Source: an uncultured Bordetella sp.
Lineage (GTDB): Bacteria > Pseudomonadota > Gammaproteobacteria > Burkholderiales > SG8-41
Length of the DNA: 64,000 nucleotides
NCBI GenBank assembly: GCA_964531455.1
Contig: CAZHFZ010000001.1
Location: 40,454-104,453 of the forward strand
Direction of reading: 5' to 3'
Shown here: piece after piece, positions 35,328 to 48,278 of the stretch
Position numbering within the stretch: the stretch's first letter is position 1
Layout: each line of letters opens with the position of its first letter
Position numbers and translations under genes: made by a program
The notes under the pieces: generated by a model
Database searches by the model: none
Told to the model about the DNA's origin: nothing
What the model saw: the letters and a program-made list of their open reading frames with translations, nothing else

Positions 35328-36404
35328 TCAGCCGCGCTGCGGCTGGTGATAGGCGCGGCTGCGGGTATGTACGGCTTCAACCAGTGCGCCAACGTGTTCC
35401 GGCGGTGTGAACTGGGAGATGCCATGGCCCAGATTGAAGACGTGACCGGAGCCGTGTCCGAACTGTCGCAGTACTTGGTCGACCTGGGCCGCGATTGTTG
35501 CCGGCGGGCTGAACAGAACATTCGGATCCAGATTGCCCTGCAGCGCAACCTTGTCGCCAACACGGCGTCGTGCGGCACCGATATCAATGGTCCAGTCCAG
35601 GCCCACCGCATTGCTGCCAATCGCGGCAATGTCCTCCAGCCACAGACCACCGCCTTTGGTGAATACAATGCTGGGAATGGTCTGGCCGTCCCACGTGCGA
35701 TGCAAGCCGGCGATGACGCGCCGCAGATACTCCAGCGAGAACTCGTGATACGCCGCATCAGACAGCGCGCCGCCCCAGGTATCGAACACCATGACCGCCT
35801 GGGCACCGGCTTCAATCTGCGCATTGAGATAGGCGATGACCGCGCATGCGTTGATGTCGAGGATGTGGTGCAGCAGATCCGGACGTGCATAGAGCATGGT
35901 CTTGATAGTACGGAAGTCGTCGCTGCCGCCCCCTTCAACCATGTAACAGGCCAGCGTGTATGGACTGCCGGAGAAACCGATCAGCGGCACCTTGCCGTCG
36001 AGCGCGCCGCGGATCTGCTTCACGGCGTCAAGCACATAACCCAGGGTCTCGCGTGGGTCAGGTACTTTCAATGCACGGATCGCAACTTCATCGCGCACAG
36101 GGCGTTCGAACTTCGGGCCTTCGCCTTCGGCGAAATAAAGACCCAAGCCCATGGCATCCGGAACGGTCAGGATGTCCGAGAACAGAATGGCAGCATCCAG
36201 CGGAAACCGCTCCAGCGGCTGCAGCGTGACTTCAGTGGCGAAATCCGGATTTTTCGCGAGCCCGAGGAAACTGCCGGCGCGTTTGCGCGTGGCGTTGTAC
36301 TCCGGCAAGTAACGCCCGGCTTGGCGCATGATCCAGACAGGGGTGTACTCCGTCGGCTGCCGCAGCAGCGCGCGGATGAACGTATCGTTCTTCAGCACTG
36401 CCAT
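35328..36404 (-). CDS. hemE: Uroporphyrinogen decarboxylase
   Basis: [46 protein letters not shown]. Confidence 0.98.
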   Translation of the reverse strand: MAVLKNDTFIRALLRQPTEYTPVWIMRQAGRYLPEYNATRKRAGSFLGLAKNPDFATEVTLQPLERFPLDAAILFSDILTVPDAMGLGLYFAEGEGPKFERPVRDEVAIRALKVPDPRETLGYVLDAVKQIRGALDGKVPLIGFSGSPYTLACYMVEGGGSDDFRTIKTMLYARPDLLHHILDINACAVIAYLNAQIEAGAQAVMVFDTWGGALSDAAYHEFSLEYLRRVIAGLHRTWDGQTIPSIVFTKGGGLWLEDIAAIGSNAVGLDWTIDIGAARRRVGDKVALQGNLDPNVLFSPPATIAAQVDQVLRQFGHGSGHVFNLGHGISQFTPPEHVGALVEAVHTRSRAYHQPQRG

Positions 36405-37825
36405 CAGCGCGGCAGCTCGCTGCTTCCCATAAGGAACTCGTCAACAGCACGTGCACACTGGCGGCCCTCGCGGATCGCCCAGACCACCAGCGACTGACCG
36501 CGGCGCATGTCACCAGCTGCAAATACTTTGCCAACGGATGTTTTGTAAGCGTCGGTGTCAGCCTTGACGTTGCCGCGGTTGTCCTTGGCGACACCCAACT
36601 GCTCAAGCAAGCCACCAGCAACAGGCCCGACAAAGCCCATCGCCAGCAGCACCAGATCGGCCTTCATCGTGAATTCCGAGCCCGGCACTTCCTGCATCTT
36701 GCCGTCTTTCCATTCAACTCGGGCGGCGACCAAAGTATCGACCTTGCCGTTTTTGCCTTCAAAACGTTTGGTGGCTACGGCCCAGTCGCGTTTGCAGCCT
36801 TCTTCGTGCGAGCTCGAAGTGCGCATTTTGATCGGCCAGTACGGCCAGACCATGGGCTTGTTTTCCTGTTCCGGCGGTTGCGGCAGCAGTTCAAACTGGG
36901 TGATGGATGCTGCGCCATGGCGGTTAGAGGTGCCGACGCAGTCGGAACCGGTATCGCCGCCGCCAATGACGATGACGTGCTTGCCGGTGGCCTTCAGTTG
37001 CGCGGCCAGTTTGTCGCCGGCAACCACTTTGTTCTGCTGAGGAAGAAAATCCATCGCAAAATGTACGCCGGACAGTTCACGGCCCGGCACAGGCAGATCG
37101 CGCGGTTGTTCGGCACCACCGGCCATTACGACAGCATCAAATTCATCAACCAGTTTTTGCACCGGAACGGTCGTGCCGACATGCTGACTGACGCGGAACT
37201 CGACGCCTTCGGCACGCATCTGCTCGACACGGCGGTCGATCAGATGTTTTTCCATTTTGAAATCGGGAATGCCGTAACGCAGCAGGCCACCGATGCGATC
37301 GGATTTTTCAAACACCACGACATCATGGCCTGCACGCCCCAGCTGCTGCGCGCAGGCCAGGCCTGCGGGGCCCGAGCCGATCACCGCAACGCGTTTGCCG
37401 GTCTTCGCGGCGGCCGGCAGCGGTTTGACCCAGCCCGATTCCCAGCCCTTGTCGATGATAGCGTGTTCGATCGACTTGATGCCGACCGGATCATTGTTGA
37501 TGTTCAGCGTGCAAGCGGCTTCACAGGGCGCCGGACAGATCCGGCCGGTGAACTCGGGGAAGTTATTGGTGGAGTGCAGGGTGTCGAGCGCGCGCACCCA
37601 ATCCTGTTTGAATACGAGGTCGTTCCAGTCGGGAATGATGTTATTGACCGGGCAGCCGCTCATGCAAAACGGTGTGCCGCAATCCATGCAGCGCGCGCCC
37701 TGCGTGCCCGCGTCCTTTTCGGTCAGGTGCCCAACGAACTCACGCCAGTGCTTCAGACGTTCCTGTGGTTGTTCCGCAGCCTCGTGCAGTCGCTCGAACT
37801 CCAGAAATCCCGTGACTTTTCCCAT
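36404..37825 (-). CDS. gltD: Glutamate synthase small subunit
   Basis: [10 protein letters not shown]...[52 protein letters not shown]. Confidence 0.97.
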   Translation of the reverse strand: MGKVTGFLEFERLHEAAEQPQERLKHWREFVGHLTEKDAGTQGARCMDCGTPFCMSGCPVNNIIPDWNDLVFKQDWVRALDTLHSTNNFPEFTGRICPAPCEAACTLNINNDPVGIKSIEHAIIDKGWESGWVKPLPAAAKTGKRVAVIGSGPAGLACAQQLGRAGHDVVVFEKSDRIGGLLRYGIPDFKMEKHLIDRRVEQMRAEGVEFRVSQHVGTTVPVQKLVDEFDAVVMAGGAEQPRDLPVPGRELSGVHFAMDFLPQQNKVVAGDKLAAQLKATGKHVIVIGGGDTGSDCVGTSNRHGAASITQFELLPQPPEQENKPMVWPYWPIKMRTSSSHEEGCKRDWAVATKRFEGKNGKVDTLVAARVEWKDGKMQEVPGSEFTMKADLVLLAMGFVGPVAGGLLEQLGVAKDNRGNVKADTDAYKTSVGKVFAAGDMRRGQSLVVWAIREGRQCARAVDEFLMGSSELPR

Positions 37826-37899
37826 TGCTTTCTATCCCTGAATCAATATGCCCGAAACGGGCGAATGATCGTTCTTCAATTTCAAAGTCATTGCCCGCG

Positions 37900-40800
37900 T
37901 CAGGCAGCGATTTTTTTGCCCTTGGCGGCCAGTTCACCCAGTGCGCGGCGGTATTCATTGGGGAATACCTTCACGAATTTGGTGCGGGCCGAAGCCCAGT
38001 TGTCCACGATGCCTTGTGCGCTGGTGCTGCCGGTCAGGCGGGCATGGTTCTCGATAAAGCGCTTGGCAATCGCTTCATCAGACAGGCCCATATGCCATAC
38101 ATCGCGCGGAACTTTGGCATCCTGCTCGGCTTCGGTCAGCAAAGGTTCCAGCTTGACCATCGAAGTGTTGCAGTAAGAAGCAAAACTGCCGTCTTCGTCG
38201 TAAACATAGGCGATGCCGCCGGACATGCCTGCAGCGAAGTTGCGTCCCGTGGGTCCGAGCACGACAACGGTGCCTCCGGTCATGTATTCGCAGCCGTGAT
38301 CGCCTGTGCCCTCGACAACGGTATGCGCACCGGAGTTGCGAACAGCAAATCGTTCGCCGGCGACGCCGCGGAAATAGGCTTCGCCGGCAATTGCGCCGTA
38401 AAGCACCGCGTTACCGGTGATGATGTTGACGCCGGCTTCGCCGCGGAATTTAGGTGAAGGCTGGACGATGATGCGTCCGCCGGACAGGCCTTTGCCGCAG
38501 TAGTCGTTGGTGTCACCAATCAGATTCAAGGTGATGCCGTGGGACAGGAAAGCGCCGAGGCTCTGACCTGCTGAACCGGCAAACTTCACGCGGATCGTAT
38601 CGTCCGGCAGGCCTTCATGGCCGTACCGTTTCGCCACTTCGCCAGAAAGCATGGTTCCTACGGTTCGGTTGATGTTGCGGATCGGCATGTCGATGCTGAC
38701 CTTCTCGCCGCGTTCCAGCGCCGGTTTGGCCAACTCGATCAGGCGGTGATCCAGCGCCTTGTCGAGGCCGTGGTCCTGACCTTCCGTATGGAAACGGGCA
38801 ACCTCGGGGCCGATCTTCGGCTGATGGAAAACGCGGCTGAAATCGAGTCCGCGTGCTTTCCAGTGTTCGATGCCCTTGCGGGTATCGAGCAGATCGGCAC
38901 GGCCGATCAGATCATCAAACTTGCGGATGCCGAGTTGTGCCATCAGCTGGCGAATTTCCTCGGCAACGAAGAAGAAATAATTGATGACATGTTCCGGCTT
39001 GCCGGTGAATTTCTGGCGCAGTACCGGATCCTGTGTAGCGACACCGACCGGGCAGGTGTTGAGATGGCATTTGCGCATCATGATGCAGCCCTGGACGACC
39101 AGCGGCGCGGTGGCAAAGCCGAATTCATCAGCGCCGAGCAGCGCACCAATGACGACGTCGCGACCGGTCTTCAGCTGACCGTCGACCTGCACCGCGATGC
39201 GACTGCGCAGACGGTTGAGTACCAGCGTCTGCTGGGTTTCAGCAAGGCCGAGTTCCCATGGCGTGCCGGCATGTTTGATCGACGACCAGGGGCTCGCACC
39301 AGTGCCGCCGTCATGACCGGAGATGGTGACGTGATCGGCTTTGGCCTTCGCCACGCCCGCCGCAACGGTGCCAACACCGACTTCAGATACCAGTTTCACG
39401 CTGATCGACGCTTGCGTGTTGCTGTTTTTCAGGTCATGGATCAGCTGCGCCAGATCTTCGATCGAATAGATGTCGTGATGCGGCGGCGGTGAAATCAGTT
39501 CCACACCCGGCGTCGAGTAACGCAGTTCAGCGATGTACTCGGAGACTTTCTTGCCCGGAAGCTGTCCGCCCTCTCCCGGCTTGGCACCCTGCGCCATCTT
39601 GATCTGGATCTGCTCGGCGCTGGCCAGATATTCGGCGGTCACACCGAAGCGGCCTGAAGCAACCTGTTTGATCTTGGATTTCAGTGAATCGCCGGCCTTG
39701 ATTTCGATGTCGCTGATGAAGCGCTCTGCGCCCAGGCGCGACGCCATGGTCTCACCGGCCTTGATCGGTGCAAAGCGCCGACGGTCTTCGCCACCCTCGC
39801 CGGTGTTCGACTTGCCGCCGATACGGTTCATCGCCAATGCCAGCGTTGCATGCGCTTCAGTGGAAATCGATCCCAGCGACATGGCGCCGGTGGAGAAGCG
39901 TTTGACGATTTCCGCAGCCGGCTCGACTTCTTCAATCGATACCGGTTTGCATTGGTCGAAACGGAATTCGAACAGCCCCCGAAATGTCATGTGACGTTTC
40001 GACTGGTCATTGATGATGTCCGCGTATTCGCGATAGGTCGATGCGCTGTTGGCACGGGTCGCATGCTGCAGCTTGGCAATTGCATCCGGCGTCCACATAT
40101 GCTCTTCGCCGCGCACCCGCCAGGCGTATTCGCCACCAGTGTCCAGCGAACCGGCCAGAACCGGGTCGTTGCCGAAGGCGCTGCGATGGGTGCGGATCGA
40201 TTCTTCAGCGACCTCGAAAATGCCGATGCCACCGACGTTGGACGAAGTGCCGGTAAAGTACTTGTCGATCAGCGGTTTTGACAACCCGATCGCTTCGAAT
40301 ATTTGTGCGCCGGTGTACGACATGTAAGTGGAGATGCCCATTTTCGACATCACTTTGCGCAAGCCCTTGCCCACGGCCTTGACGAAGTTTTTGATGGCCT
40401 TGTAGCCGTCCACGCCGTTGATCTGGCCGCTGTCGGCAATATGCAGCATGGTTTCCAGCGCCAGATAGGGATGCACGGCTTCTGCGCCATAACCACCCAG
40501 CAGCGCGAAGTGATGCACTTCACGCGCCGAACCGGTTTCGACGACGAGGCCCGCACTCGTACGCAGACCTTTATCGACCAGGTGATGATGAATGGTCGAA
40601 AGGGCCAGCAGCGCCGGAATTGCGACATGGTCGCGATCGATGTGGCGGTCGGAAATGATGATGATCGAGTAACCGGAGCGCACCGCGTCTTCAGCCTGCG
40701 CGGCCAGGCTGGCAAGTCGCGCTTCGATGGCTTCCTTGCCCCAGGCTGCGGGATAGGTAATGTCTAGTTCGAAGGACTTGAATTTTCCGTCGGTATAACG

Positions 40801-42555
40801 CTCGATGTTGCGGATCTTTTCCATCTCGTAGAAGTCGAGCACTGGCTGGCTGACTTCGAGGCGAATCGGCGGATTGGTCTCGTCGATGCCGAGCAGGTTG
40901 GGTTTCGGCCCAATGAACGAAACCAGTGAGGTGACGAGTTCTTCGCGGATCGGATCAATCGGCGGGTTGGTCACCTGCGCGAACAACTGTTTGAAATACT
41001 GGTACAGGTTCTTGTTCTTGGCCGAGAGCACGGCCAGCGGCGAATCGTTTCCCATGGAGCCGATGGGCTCTTCACCGTTGCCAGCCATTGGTGCAAGGAT
41101 GAACTTGAGGTCTTCCTGGGTGTAGCCGAAGGCCTGCTGGCGATCCAGCAACGGTACGGCGCTGCGCTCCGGTTGCGCATTCTGGCTTTCGACATCATCC
41201 AGCTTGACGCGGATGCGTTCAATCCATTCAACGTAAGGTTTGGCTGAAGCCAGCGATTCCTTCAGCTCCTTGTCGTCGATGATGCGACCTTTTTCCAGGT
41301 CAACAAGGAACATCTTGCCAGGCTGCAAGCGCCATTTCTTGACGATTTTTTCTTCGGGAATTTGCAGGCAGCCGGACTCCGAACCCATGATGACCAGATC
41401 ATCGTCGGTAACGATGTAGCGCGCGGGACGCAGGCCGTTGCGATCAAGGGTCGCGCCGATCTGGCGGCCGTCACTGAATGCGATTGCCGCGGGGCCGTCC
41501 CAAGGCTCCATCATTGCCGCGTGGTATTCATAGAAAGCGCGACGGTTCGCATCCATCAGGGTGTGGCCTTCCCACGCTTCGGGGATCATCATCATTACCG
41601 CATGGGCGATCGAATAGCCACCCATCACCAGCAGTTCGAGCGAGTTGTCGAATGATGCCGAGTCTGACTGACCCGGATAGATCAGCGGCCACAACTTGTC
41701 GAGATCCTTGCCGAGGATCGGGCTGGAAATCGCACCCTGTCGCGCGCGTACCCAGTTGACGTTGCCGCGCACGGTGTTGATCTCGCCGTTATGAGCGATC
41801 ATGCGGAACGGATGGGCAAGATCCCAGGTCGGGAAGGTATTGGTCGAGAAACGCTGGTGCACCAGCGCCAGCGCCGACACCACGCGCGGATCCTGCAGAT
41901 CCTTGTAATAGGTGCCAACCTGCGAAGGCAGCAGCATGCCTTTGTAAACGATGGTGCGCGCCGACATAGACGGTACGAAAAATTCGGTGCTGTGTGCAAG
42001 GTGCAGCGCGCGAATCGCGTGACCGGCGCTTTTGCGGATCACATAAAGTTTGCGCTCCAGCGCATCGGTGACGCGGATAGCGGAACTGCGGCCGATGAAC
42101 ACCTGACGGATGACCGGCTCCACCTTCTTGACGGATTCACCGAGATCTTCACTGTCCAACGGAACATCGCGCCAGCCGAGCAGCACCTGGCCTTCATCCT
42201 TGATGGCGCGTTCAATTTCATATTCGCAGGCGAGGCGCGATGCCGGTTCGCGCGGCAGGAAGATCATGCCGATGCCGTATTCACCCGCCGGCGGAAGCTT
42301 GACGCCCTGTTTTTCCATTTCCTCGCGGAAAAACTCGTCGGGAATCTGGATCAGGATGCCGGCGCCGTCAGAGGCTTTTGGGTCTGCGCCGACCGCCCCG
42401 CGGTGGGTCAGGTTGCAGAGGATGGTTAACCCCTGTTCGATGATGTCGTGGCTTTTTTTGCCTTTGATATGGGCAATAAAACCGACGCCGCACGCATCAT
42501 GTTCGTGCGCGCCATCGTAAAGACCTTGGGGTTCCGGCAGATTCGGGTGTGACAT
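37900..42555 (-). CDS. gltB: Glutamate synthase large subunit
   Basis: [63 protein letters not shown]. Start set at [10 protein letters not shown] (GAGG SD). Confidence 0.98.
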   Translation of the reverse strand: MSHPNLPEPQGLYDGAHEHDACGVGFIAHIKGKKSHDIIEQGLTILCNLTHRGAVGADPKASDGAGILIQIPDEFFREEMEKQGVKLPPAGEYGIGMIFLPREPASRLACEYEIERAIKDEGQVLLGWRDVPLDSEDLGESVKKVEPVIRQVFIGRSSAIRVTDALERKLYVIRKSAGHAIRALHLAHSTEFFVPSMSARTIVYKGMLLPSQVGTYYKDLQDPRVVSALALVHQRFSTNTFPTWDLAHPFRMIAHNGEINTVRGNVNWVRARQGAISSPILGKDLDKLWPLIYPGQSDSASFDNSLELLVMGGYSIAHAVMMMIPEAWEGHTLMDANRRAFYEYHAAMMEPWDGPAAIAFSDGRQIGATLDRNGLRPARYIVTDDDLVIMGSESGCLQIPEEKIVKKWRLQPGKMFLVDLEKGRIIDDKELKESLASAKPYVEWIERIRVKLDDVESQNAQPERSAVPLLDRQQAFGYTQEDLKFILAPMAGNGEEPIGSMGNDSPLAVLSAKNKNLYQYFKQLFAQVTNPPIDPIREELVTSLVSFIGPKPNLLGIDETNPPIRLEVSQPVLDFYEMEKIRNIERYTDGKFKSFELDITYPAAWGKEAIEARLASLAAQAEDAVRSGYSIIIISDRHIDRDHVAIPALLALSTIHHHLVDKGLRTSAGLVVETGSAREVHHFALLGGYGAEAVHPYLALETMLHIADSGQINGVDGYKAIKNFVKAVGKGLRKVMSKMGISTYMSYTGAQIFEAIGLSKPLIDKYFTGTSSNVGGIGIFEVAEESIRTHRSAFGNDPVLAGSLDTGGEYAWRVRGEEHMWTPDAIAKLQHATRANSASTYREYADIINDQSKRHMTFRGLFEFRFDQCKPVSIEEVEPAAEIVKRFSTGAMSLGSISTEAHATLALAMNRIGGKSNTGEGGEDRRRFAPIKAGETMASRLGAERFISDIEIKAGDSLKSKIKQVASGRFGVTAEYLASAEQIQIKMAQGAKPGEGGQLPGKKVSEYIAELRYSTPGVELISPPPHHDIYSIEDLAQLIHDLKNSNTQASISVKLVSEVGVGTVAAGVAKAKADHVTISGHDGGTGASPWSSIKHAGTPWELGLAETQQTLVLNRLRSRIAVQVDGQLKTGRDVVIGALLGADEFGFATAPLVVQGCIMMRKCHLNTCPVGVATQDPVLRQKFTGKPEHVINYFFFVAEEIRQLMAQLGIRKFDDLIGRADLLDTRKGIEHWKARGLDFSRVFHQPKIGPEVARFHTEGQDHGLDKALDHRLIELAKPALERGEKVSIDMPIRNINRTVGTMLSGEVAKRYGHEGLPDDTIRVKFAGSAGQSLGAFLSHGITLNLIGDTNDYCGKGLSGGRIIVQPSPKFRGEAGVNIITGNAVLYGAIAGEAYFRGVAGERFAVRNSGAHTVVEGTGDHGCEYMTGGTVVVLGPTGRNFAAGMSGGIAYVYDEDGSFASYCNTSMVKLEPLLTEAEQDAKVPRDVWHMGLSDEAIAKRFIENHARLTGSTSAQGIVDNWASARTKFVKVFPNEYRRALGELAAKGKKIAA

Positions 42556-42582
42556 CGTGAGCCTCGTCAAAAACATCTTGAA

Positions 42583-42595
42583 AATCAACAGCTTG
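42583..42595 (+). promoter_or_regulatory. IHF binding site upstream of gltB
   Basis: AATCAACAGCTTG, a perfect WATCAANNNNTTR match. Confidence 0.55.
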
Positions 42596-42673
42596 CAACG
42601 ATGTATGTTGCGCCGCGACAAGCCGGGATAATCAAAACGCGAAAAACGGAGTGAAACCCGGTAAGTCTACCGC

Positions 42674-42686
42674 TATCAAGGGGTTA
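42674..42686 (+). promoter_or_regulatory. Second IHF binding site upstream of gltB
   Basis: TATCAAGGGGTTA, a perfect WATCAANNNNTTR match. Confidence 0.55.
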
Positions 42687-42723
42687 GCTCAACCGGTTGC
42701 GCTCTTGGGACCGCGAGAAAATC

Positions 42724-43848
42724 TCAGCTGACGTCGATGGAAAACAGACGTCGATGTTCGACGATGGCGTAGCGGTCGGTCATGCCGGCGATGTAGTCCG
42801 CGATAGCTCTGGGGGTATCAGCTTCAGCACGGGTCTGAAATTCCGGCGGTAGCAGACCGGGTTCTGCGAGAAAAGCTTCAAACAGCTCGGAAATGATCCG
42901 GCGGGCTTTGCTGCTCATTCGCGAGACCCGGTAGTGCCGGTACAAATTGGCATGCAGGAATCGCTTCAATTCGGTCTGTTCCTTCTGTATGCGGTCCGAA
43001 AAACGGATCATCGGCGGCGCACGTCGGACATCATCCACCGATACCGGAGCATATTCCTTGATGCAGGCTGCGCTTTGCCGGATCAGGTCGGTGACCAGAG
43101 TGTCGATCATCCGCCTGACTGTTTCGTGAACAAGGCGCCGACCTTCGATTTTCGGAAAAGCCTTTAATGCCGCAGCCATATGACGGCGAAAGATAACAAC
43201 AGTTGCAAGTTGATCCATGTCCAGCAGCCCCGAGCGCAGTCCGTCATCAACATCGTGGTTGTTATAGGCGATTTCGTCCGCAAGATTGGCAATTTGCGCC
43301 TCAAGACCGGGACGCTGCTTGCGAATGAATCGCTCGCCGATATCACCGAGGGTGCGAGCGTTCTTCAACGAGCAATGTTTGAGTATGCCTTCCCGGGTTT
43401 CAAACGTCAGGTTAAGGCCATCAAACGCGCCGTAACGTTGCTCCAACAAATCCACCACCCGCAGCGACTGCAGGTTGTGTTCGAATCCGCCATAAGGTTT
43501 CATGCAGGCATTCAGCGCGTCCTGCCCGGCGTGACCGAAAGGCGTATGACCGAGGTCGTGAGCCAGTGTAATCGCCTCGGTCAGGTCTTCGTTGAGGGAC
43601 AGGTGCCGGGCGACCGACCTTCCGATTTGCGCAACCTCAAGGCTGTGGGTAAGGCGGGTGCGGAATAGGTCGCCTTCGTGATTTACAAAAACCTGGGTTT
43701 TGTATTCGAGGCGGCGGAATCCGGTCGAGTGAATAATGCGATCGCGGTCACGTTGATATTCGCTGCGCCCCCGCGGGGGCGCTTCAGTGAAACGCCGTCC
43801 ACGCGAAGCGTCTGGTCTGGCGGCATAACTGGCGAGTTCAGGCTGCAT
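42724..43848 (-). CDS. dgt: dGTP triphosphohydrolase (HD family)
   Basis: [67 protein letters not shown]. Start MQPELASYA overlaps the aroB stop. Confidence 0.93.
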   Translation of the reverse strand: MQPELASYAARPDASRGRRFTEAPPRGRSEYQRDRDRIIHSTGFRRLEYKTQVFVNHEGDLFRTRLTHSLEVAQIGRSVARHLSLNEDLTEAITLAHDLGHTPFGHAGQDALNACMKPYGGFEHNLQSLRVVDLLEQRYGAFDGLNLTFETREGILKHCSLKNARTLGDIGERFIRKQRPGLEAQIANLADEIAYNNHDVDDGLRSGLLDMDQLATVVIFRRHMAAALKAFPKIEGRRLVHETVRRMIDTLVTDLIRQSAACIKEYAPVSVDDVRRAPPMIRFSDRIQKEQTELKRFLHANLYRHYRVSRMSSKARRIISELFEAFLAEPGLLPPEFQTRAEADTPRAIADYIAGMTDRYAIVEHRRLFSIDVS

Positions 43849-44938
43849 CAACACCCTCTCCATCAAGAACAGCGGCCAGTATGTCGCCGGAAACCTCAGC
43901 GCTGAGAAATGCCGCACCAATTTTTTTCAGCAGTACATACCGGATTCTTCCGCTTTCGACTTTTTTGTCGTGTCCCATCAGTTCAAGATAACGCGCAGCG
44001 CCGAGCCGCGGCCCCAGAACTGGCAATCCAGCCCGCTCCAGCAGGTTGATCATGCGGGAGACACAGGAATCGTCAATCAAGCCCATGCGTCGCGATACAC
44101 GAGCAGCAATGACCATACCTGCGGCAACCGCCTCGCCATGCAGCCATTTTCCGTAGCTCAGTCCGGACTCAATGGCATGTCCGAATGTATGACCGAAATT
44201 GAGCAGGGCTCTGTCACCTTCCTCGCGTTCATCCATTGCAACCACCGTTGCCTTGTTCTGGCAGGAAACATGGATTGCGTAAGAAAGAGCTGCAGGGTCG
44301 CGGGCAACAAGCTTGTCCATATTGGACTCCAGCCACTCAAAAAAAGTAGCGTCGCCGATCAAGCCGTATTTGATGACTTCAGCGAGACCTGCGGCAAGCT
44401 CGCGTTTTGGAAGTGTATTGAGCGTATCGGTATCAGCTATGACCGCGCGCGGCTGATAGAACGCGCCGATCATGTTTTTTCCAAGCGGATGATTGATTGC
44501 GGTCTTGCCGCCTACAGAGGAATCCACTTGCGCCAGCAGCGTCGTCGGGATCTGGATGAACGGGGCCCCACGTTGAAACACCGCTGCAGCAAAACCGACA
44601 AGATCCCCGATCACACCACCACCTAGTGCGATCAGCGTGGTTTTGCGTTCCGCGCGTCGAGTCAGCAAGGCATCAAAAACCTGGTTCAGGGTCTGCCAAT
44701 TCTTTTGCGCTTCACCATCGGGCAGCACAATCGTGTCAATGTTGATTTGACGGGCGGTCAGGGCTGATTTGAGCTTTTCGAGATAAAGCGGGCCGACAAC
44801 GGTGTTTGTAATGATGACCGCTTTGGGTTGCGCAAGGTGATCGGTGATCAGATCTGCTTGTTCAAGTAATCCGGGTCCGATATGGATCGGATAACTGCGC
44901 TTTGCAAGATCAACAGTCAGGGTCTTTAGGGTATTCAT
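43838..44938 (-). CDS. aroB: 3-dehydroquinate synthase
   Basis: [48 protein letters not shown]. Confidence 0.97.
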   Translation of the reverse strand: MNTLKTLTVDLAKRSYPIHIGPGLLEQADLITDHLAQPKAVIITNTVVGPLYLEKLKSALTARQINIDTIVLPDGEAQKNWQTLNQVFDALLTRRAERKTTLIALGGGVIGDLVGFAAAVFQRGAPFIQIPTTLLAQVDSSVGGKTAINHPLGKNMIGAFYQPRAVIADTDTLNTLPKRELAAGLAEVIKYGLIGDATFFEWLESNMDKLVARDPAALSYAIHVSCQNKATVVAMDEREEGDRALLNFGHTFGHAIESGLSYGKWLHGEAVAAGMVIAARVSRRMGLIDDSCVSRMINLLERAGLPVLGPRLGAARYLELMGHDKKVESGRIRYVLLKKIGAAFLSAEVSGDILAAVLDGEGVDAA

Positions 44939-44939
44939 G

Positions 44940-45530
44940 TCAGACTGTATTTTCGTCTTTGGGATGATCGAGGGGCGTATCGAATTCAGCCAGCAGTTGC
45001 TGGATACGCGATGTCAGGAGAGCCACGCTCTGCGATCCCGTATCCACAATGAGGTCAGCGACCTCGCGATACAAGGGATCGCGCTGTTCGTGCAGCGCGC
45101 GCAACCTGCCAAGAGGGTCTGCAGTCTGCAGCAACGGGCGATTACGGTCGCGACGAGTGCGGCGCCACAGATCTTCCGGCGAGGCACGCAGATAAATGAC
45201 CCGTCCTCGGCTCTTCAGTAGTAATCGATTGGCCAGGGAAATGACTGCCCCGCCGCCGGTTGCGAGCACGATCCCGTTCATCGCCGTCAGTTGGTCGATC
45301 ATTTTTTCTTCGCGCGCCCGAAATCCGGGTTCACCTTCGATTTCAAAAATGACAGGAATCTTGACCCCGGTGATTTTCTCAACTTCGGCGTCAGCATCAA
45401 GAAACCCCTTGTTCATTCGACGGGCCAGCATGCGGCCGACAGAAGTTTTGCCCGCGCCCATCAGGCCCACGAGGAAAATATTGCCGTTGTCGGTGCAGGA
45501 TTCACCGGTATTTTGTTCACTGGACTGCAT
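44940..45530 (-). CDS. aroK: Shikimate kinase
   Basis: [29 protein letters not shown]. Confidence 0.96.
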   Translation of the reverse strand: MQSSEQNTGESCTDNGNIFLVGLMGAGKTSVGRMLARRMNKGFLDADAEVEKITGVKIPVIFEIEGEPGFRAREEKMIDQLTAMNGIVLATGGGAVISLANRLLLKSRGRVIYLRASPEDLWRRTRRDRNRPLLQTADPLGRLRALHEQRDPLYREVADLIVDTGSQSVALLTSRIQQLLAEFDTPLDHPKDENTV

Positions 45531-45575
45531 GAGGCGATTTTATCCGAAGCTATGCATGCTCCGGCCCGTAAGAAC

Positions 45576-45610
45576 CAATAAAAAAGGGCGGCGCATTGCG
45601 CCGCCCTTTT
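45576..45610 (-). terminator. Intrinsic terminator after pilQ (bidirectional form)
   Basis: A6-GGGCGGCGC att GCGCCGCCC-TTTT; on the minus strand the stem is followed by TTTTTTATT. Confidence 0.9.
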
Positions 45611-45636
45611 ATCCGGAAGCGGATACCCGTAAGGAA

Positions 45637-47751
45637 TCAGCGCAGCGAAGCACCATCCTTCAGAATTTTCGGGGAGATGAAGATCAGCAGTTCGCGCCGG
45701 TCGTCCACACGCTGGTTGTTCTTGAACAGGAACCCGACGTAAGGCAGGTCACCGAGAACAGGAACCTTAGTTGTGGTTGAACGCTCGTCCTGGGTATAGA
45801 TACCGCCGATCACGACCGTGCCGCCATTCTCAACCAGCACTTCTGTAGCTACCTGCTTGGTGTCGATTGACGGTCCGGAAAGAGTGTTCTGGCCAACACT
45901 GTCCTTATTGACCTTGAGATTCATGATCACATTGTCGTCCGGCGTAATCTGTGGTTTTACCTTAAGCGACAGTGTTGCCTTTCGGAAGGAAACGCTGGTT
46001 GCACCGCTGGAGGTAGCCTGCTGGTATGGAATCTCCGTGCCCTGCTCGATCGTTGCTTCGATCTTGTCAGCGGTAATGACGCGCGGGCTTGAAATGATTT
46101 TGCCCTTGCCATCAGCTTGAAGTGCCGAGAGCTCCAGATTAAGGAATTTGGTGCTCTTGTCGTTGAACAGCAGGAAGGAGAACACGCCAGGGTTTGCGCC
46201 GGACAAGCCTTGTGCAGGCAGGTTGACGAACAGCGATTCGTTGAATTGCGGCGTAGTGGCAATCTGACCGGTGGTAAATCCAGTAGAAGACAGTGAACCG
46301 CCGGCCAGCGCATTTACACCTTGGCCGCTACCAACCCGGAAGCCTTGTCCAGTGCGGTCATTGAAACCGAGGCGAGCGCCGAGGTTGCGGCTGAACGTGT
46401 CGTTTGCTTCAACAATGCGTGACTCGATCATCACCTGACGAACGGGGATATCGATCTGCTTCAGCAGTTTGCGAACTTCTTCAAGACGCGTGGCGGTATC
46501 CTGGACAAACACGGTGTTGGTACGCACGTCGACAACGGCGCTGCCGCGTTTTGAAAGAATGCGCTGCTTCGGATCGGACAGCAGCGTCTGGAAGTCGGCT
46601 GCTTTCTGGTAATTCACTTGCATGCTCTCGGTACGTAGCGGCTCGAGATCGGCGATTTGCGACCGAGCTTCCAGCGCGAGTTTCTCGCGGGTGGCCAGTT
46701 CATCACGCGGTGCGATCCACACCACATTGCCGGTTTTGCGCATGTCCAAACCCTTGCTCTGGAGAATGATATCCAGTGCCTGGTCCCAAGGCACATCCTT
46801 GAGGCGGAGCGTGAGGCTGCCGCCCACGGTGTCGCTGGTAATCACGTTCAAGCCCGTGAAATCGGCGATGACTTGGAGAACTGCCCGTACTTCGACGTTC
46901 TGGAAATTCAGAGATAGCTTTTCACCGGAAAAGCCTGGTTGAACGAGACGGTTGCCGTCATCGACAACTCTCTTGACCTCAACAATGAAGCGATTGTCGG
47001 TCTGGTAGGCGGAATGCTCCCAGGCGCCACGCGGGGTGATGACCATGCGCGTGCCATTACCTTGGGCATAGGTTTCGATGCTTTCTACCGGTGTGCCGAA
47101 GTCGACGACATCAAGTCGGCGGGCAAGGTTTTTAGGTACTGCGGTATTTATAAAATCGATAATCAGTGAGCGGCCCTGCGTGCGCAGATCGATGCCGACC
47201 TGATTGTCGGACAGGTCAACCATGATGCGCCCCTCACCAGTGCGGCCGCGACGGAAATCCACATCGCGCAGGCTGTGTTTGCCGTCACCCGGCTTAACCT
47301 GAGCGAAGGTCTGCGCGGCAGGTGCTGGCGTCGAGGTGCCAGCAGAAGCGGAACCGCCGAGTGTGACCAGAATGGTGTTGCCTTCGATCTTGGCGTCATA
47401 ACCCAGCTGGCGCGAAGTCTCGAGCACCAGGCGTGAACGATCACCGGCCTGCACAATATTGATGCGGCGGACATCACCTTCACCGATTTCGTGGGTGGTT
47501 TTGCCGGAGCCGTTGGTTGTGCCGGGAAAGTCAAACGCGATTCGCGGCGGATTATTGACCACAAAGCTTGCGGGTGTCGCCGCTGGCGTACCTTTAAGAG
47601 TGATCTTTACAAGTGTAGATCCGCCCTGCTGAGCCGAAACATTAACCGCTTCGATGCTGTTCTGGGCATATGCCGATGTCGTAGCAATGGCGAAACACGC
47701 TGACGCCAAAAGTTTGGACATGCGGGTCATGGACTTTAAAAAACGAATCAT
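45637..47751 (-). CDS. pilQ: Type IV pilus secretin PilQ
   Basis: Signal peptide, AMIN domains, GEKLSLNFQ, VPWDQALD, QVMIESRIVEA, KVPVLGDLP...RELLIFISPKI. Confidence 0.96.
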   Translation of the reverse strand: MIRFLKSMTRMSKLLASACFAIATTSAYAQNSIEAVNVSAQQGGSTLVKITLKGTPAATPASFVVNNPPRIAFDFPGTTNGSGKTTHEIGEGDVRRINIVQAGDRSRLVLETSRQLGYDAKIEGNTILVTLGGSASAGTSTPAPAAQTFAQVKPGDGKHSLRDVDFRRGRTGEGRIMVDLSDNQVGIDLRTQGRSLIIDFINTAVPKNLARRLDVVDFGTPVESIETYAQGNGTRMVITPRGAWEHSAYQTDNRFIVEVKRVVDDGNRLVQPGFSGEKLSLNFQNVEVRAVLQVIADFTGLNVITSDTVGGSLTLRLKDVPWDQALDIILQSKGLDMRKTGNVVWIAPRDELATREKLALEARSQIADLEPLRTESMQVNYQKAADFQTLLSDPKQRILSKRGSAVVDVRTNTVFVQDTATRLEEVRKLLKQIDIPVRQVMIESRIVEANDTFSRNLGARLGFNDRTGQGFRVGSGQGVNALAGGSLSSTGFTTGQIATTPQFNESLFVNLPAQGLSGANPGVFSFLLFNDKSTKFLNLELSALQADGKGKIISSPRVITADKIEATIEQGTEIPYQQATSSGATSVSFRKATLSLKVKPQITPDDNVIMNLKVNKDSVGQNTLSGPSIDTKQVATEVLVENGGTVVIGGIYTQDERSTTTKVPVLGDLPYVGFLFKNNQRVDDRRELLIFISPKILKDGASLR

Positions 47752-48278
47752 TTCTTACCCTCCTGTTCTTGAAGAAGCAGCGCCTGTTCCTTCTCTTCCC
47801 AGTTGCCGCCGCTGTCCTGAACGATTTCTTTCAGTTTGATATCTGTTTCCGAAATGCCCACGATGCGTCCGAAGTTCTGACCCATGTAGTTTCCTGATTG
47901 CACCCGGTACAGTGCGCTGTCAGGAGCTTTGACCAAAGCGAACACTTGGCCTTTTTGCTGCAGCGTACCGACCATTTTCAGGTTCTCGAGCGCAAATGCT
48001 TCCAGGGCCTCACGCGGCCGGTTGAAATCCGGCTGCAATCCGCCTTTTGCGGTGGATTTTGGAGGTTCGATTTTGCGCGGTTTGAACGGATCGGTCAGAT
48101 CGTAAGCGTTGTAAGCGAAAGGTTCATACGGTTTGACCTCGGGGAGCGGTGGAATGCGGCCTCCCGGAAGCTTGTCCGACTCTTTGACGAACTCTCGTAG
48201 ATCCGAATGTTCCTCGCGATCACAACCAGCAAGCCCAAATGCAAAGATCACCAAAATGATTAGTGCTCTGGCGTTCAT
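47748..48278 (-). CDS. pilP: Type IV pilus lipoprotein PilP
   Basis: Lipobox LAGC, LEAFALENLKMVGT, GNYMGQNFGRI. Confidence 0.95.
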   Translation of the reverse strand: MNARALIILVIFAFGLAGCDREEHSDLREFVKESDKLPGGRIPPLPEVKPYEPFAYNAYDLTDPFKPRKIEPPKSTAKGGLQPDFNRPREALEAFALENLKMVGTLQQKGQVFALVKAPDSALYRVQSGNYMGQNFGRIVGISETDIKLKEIVQDSGGNWEEKEQALLLQEQEGKK

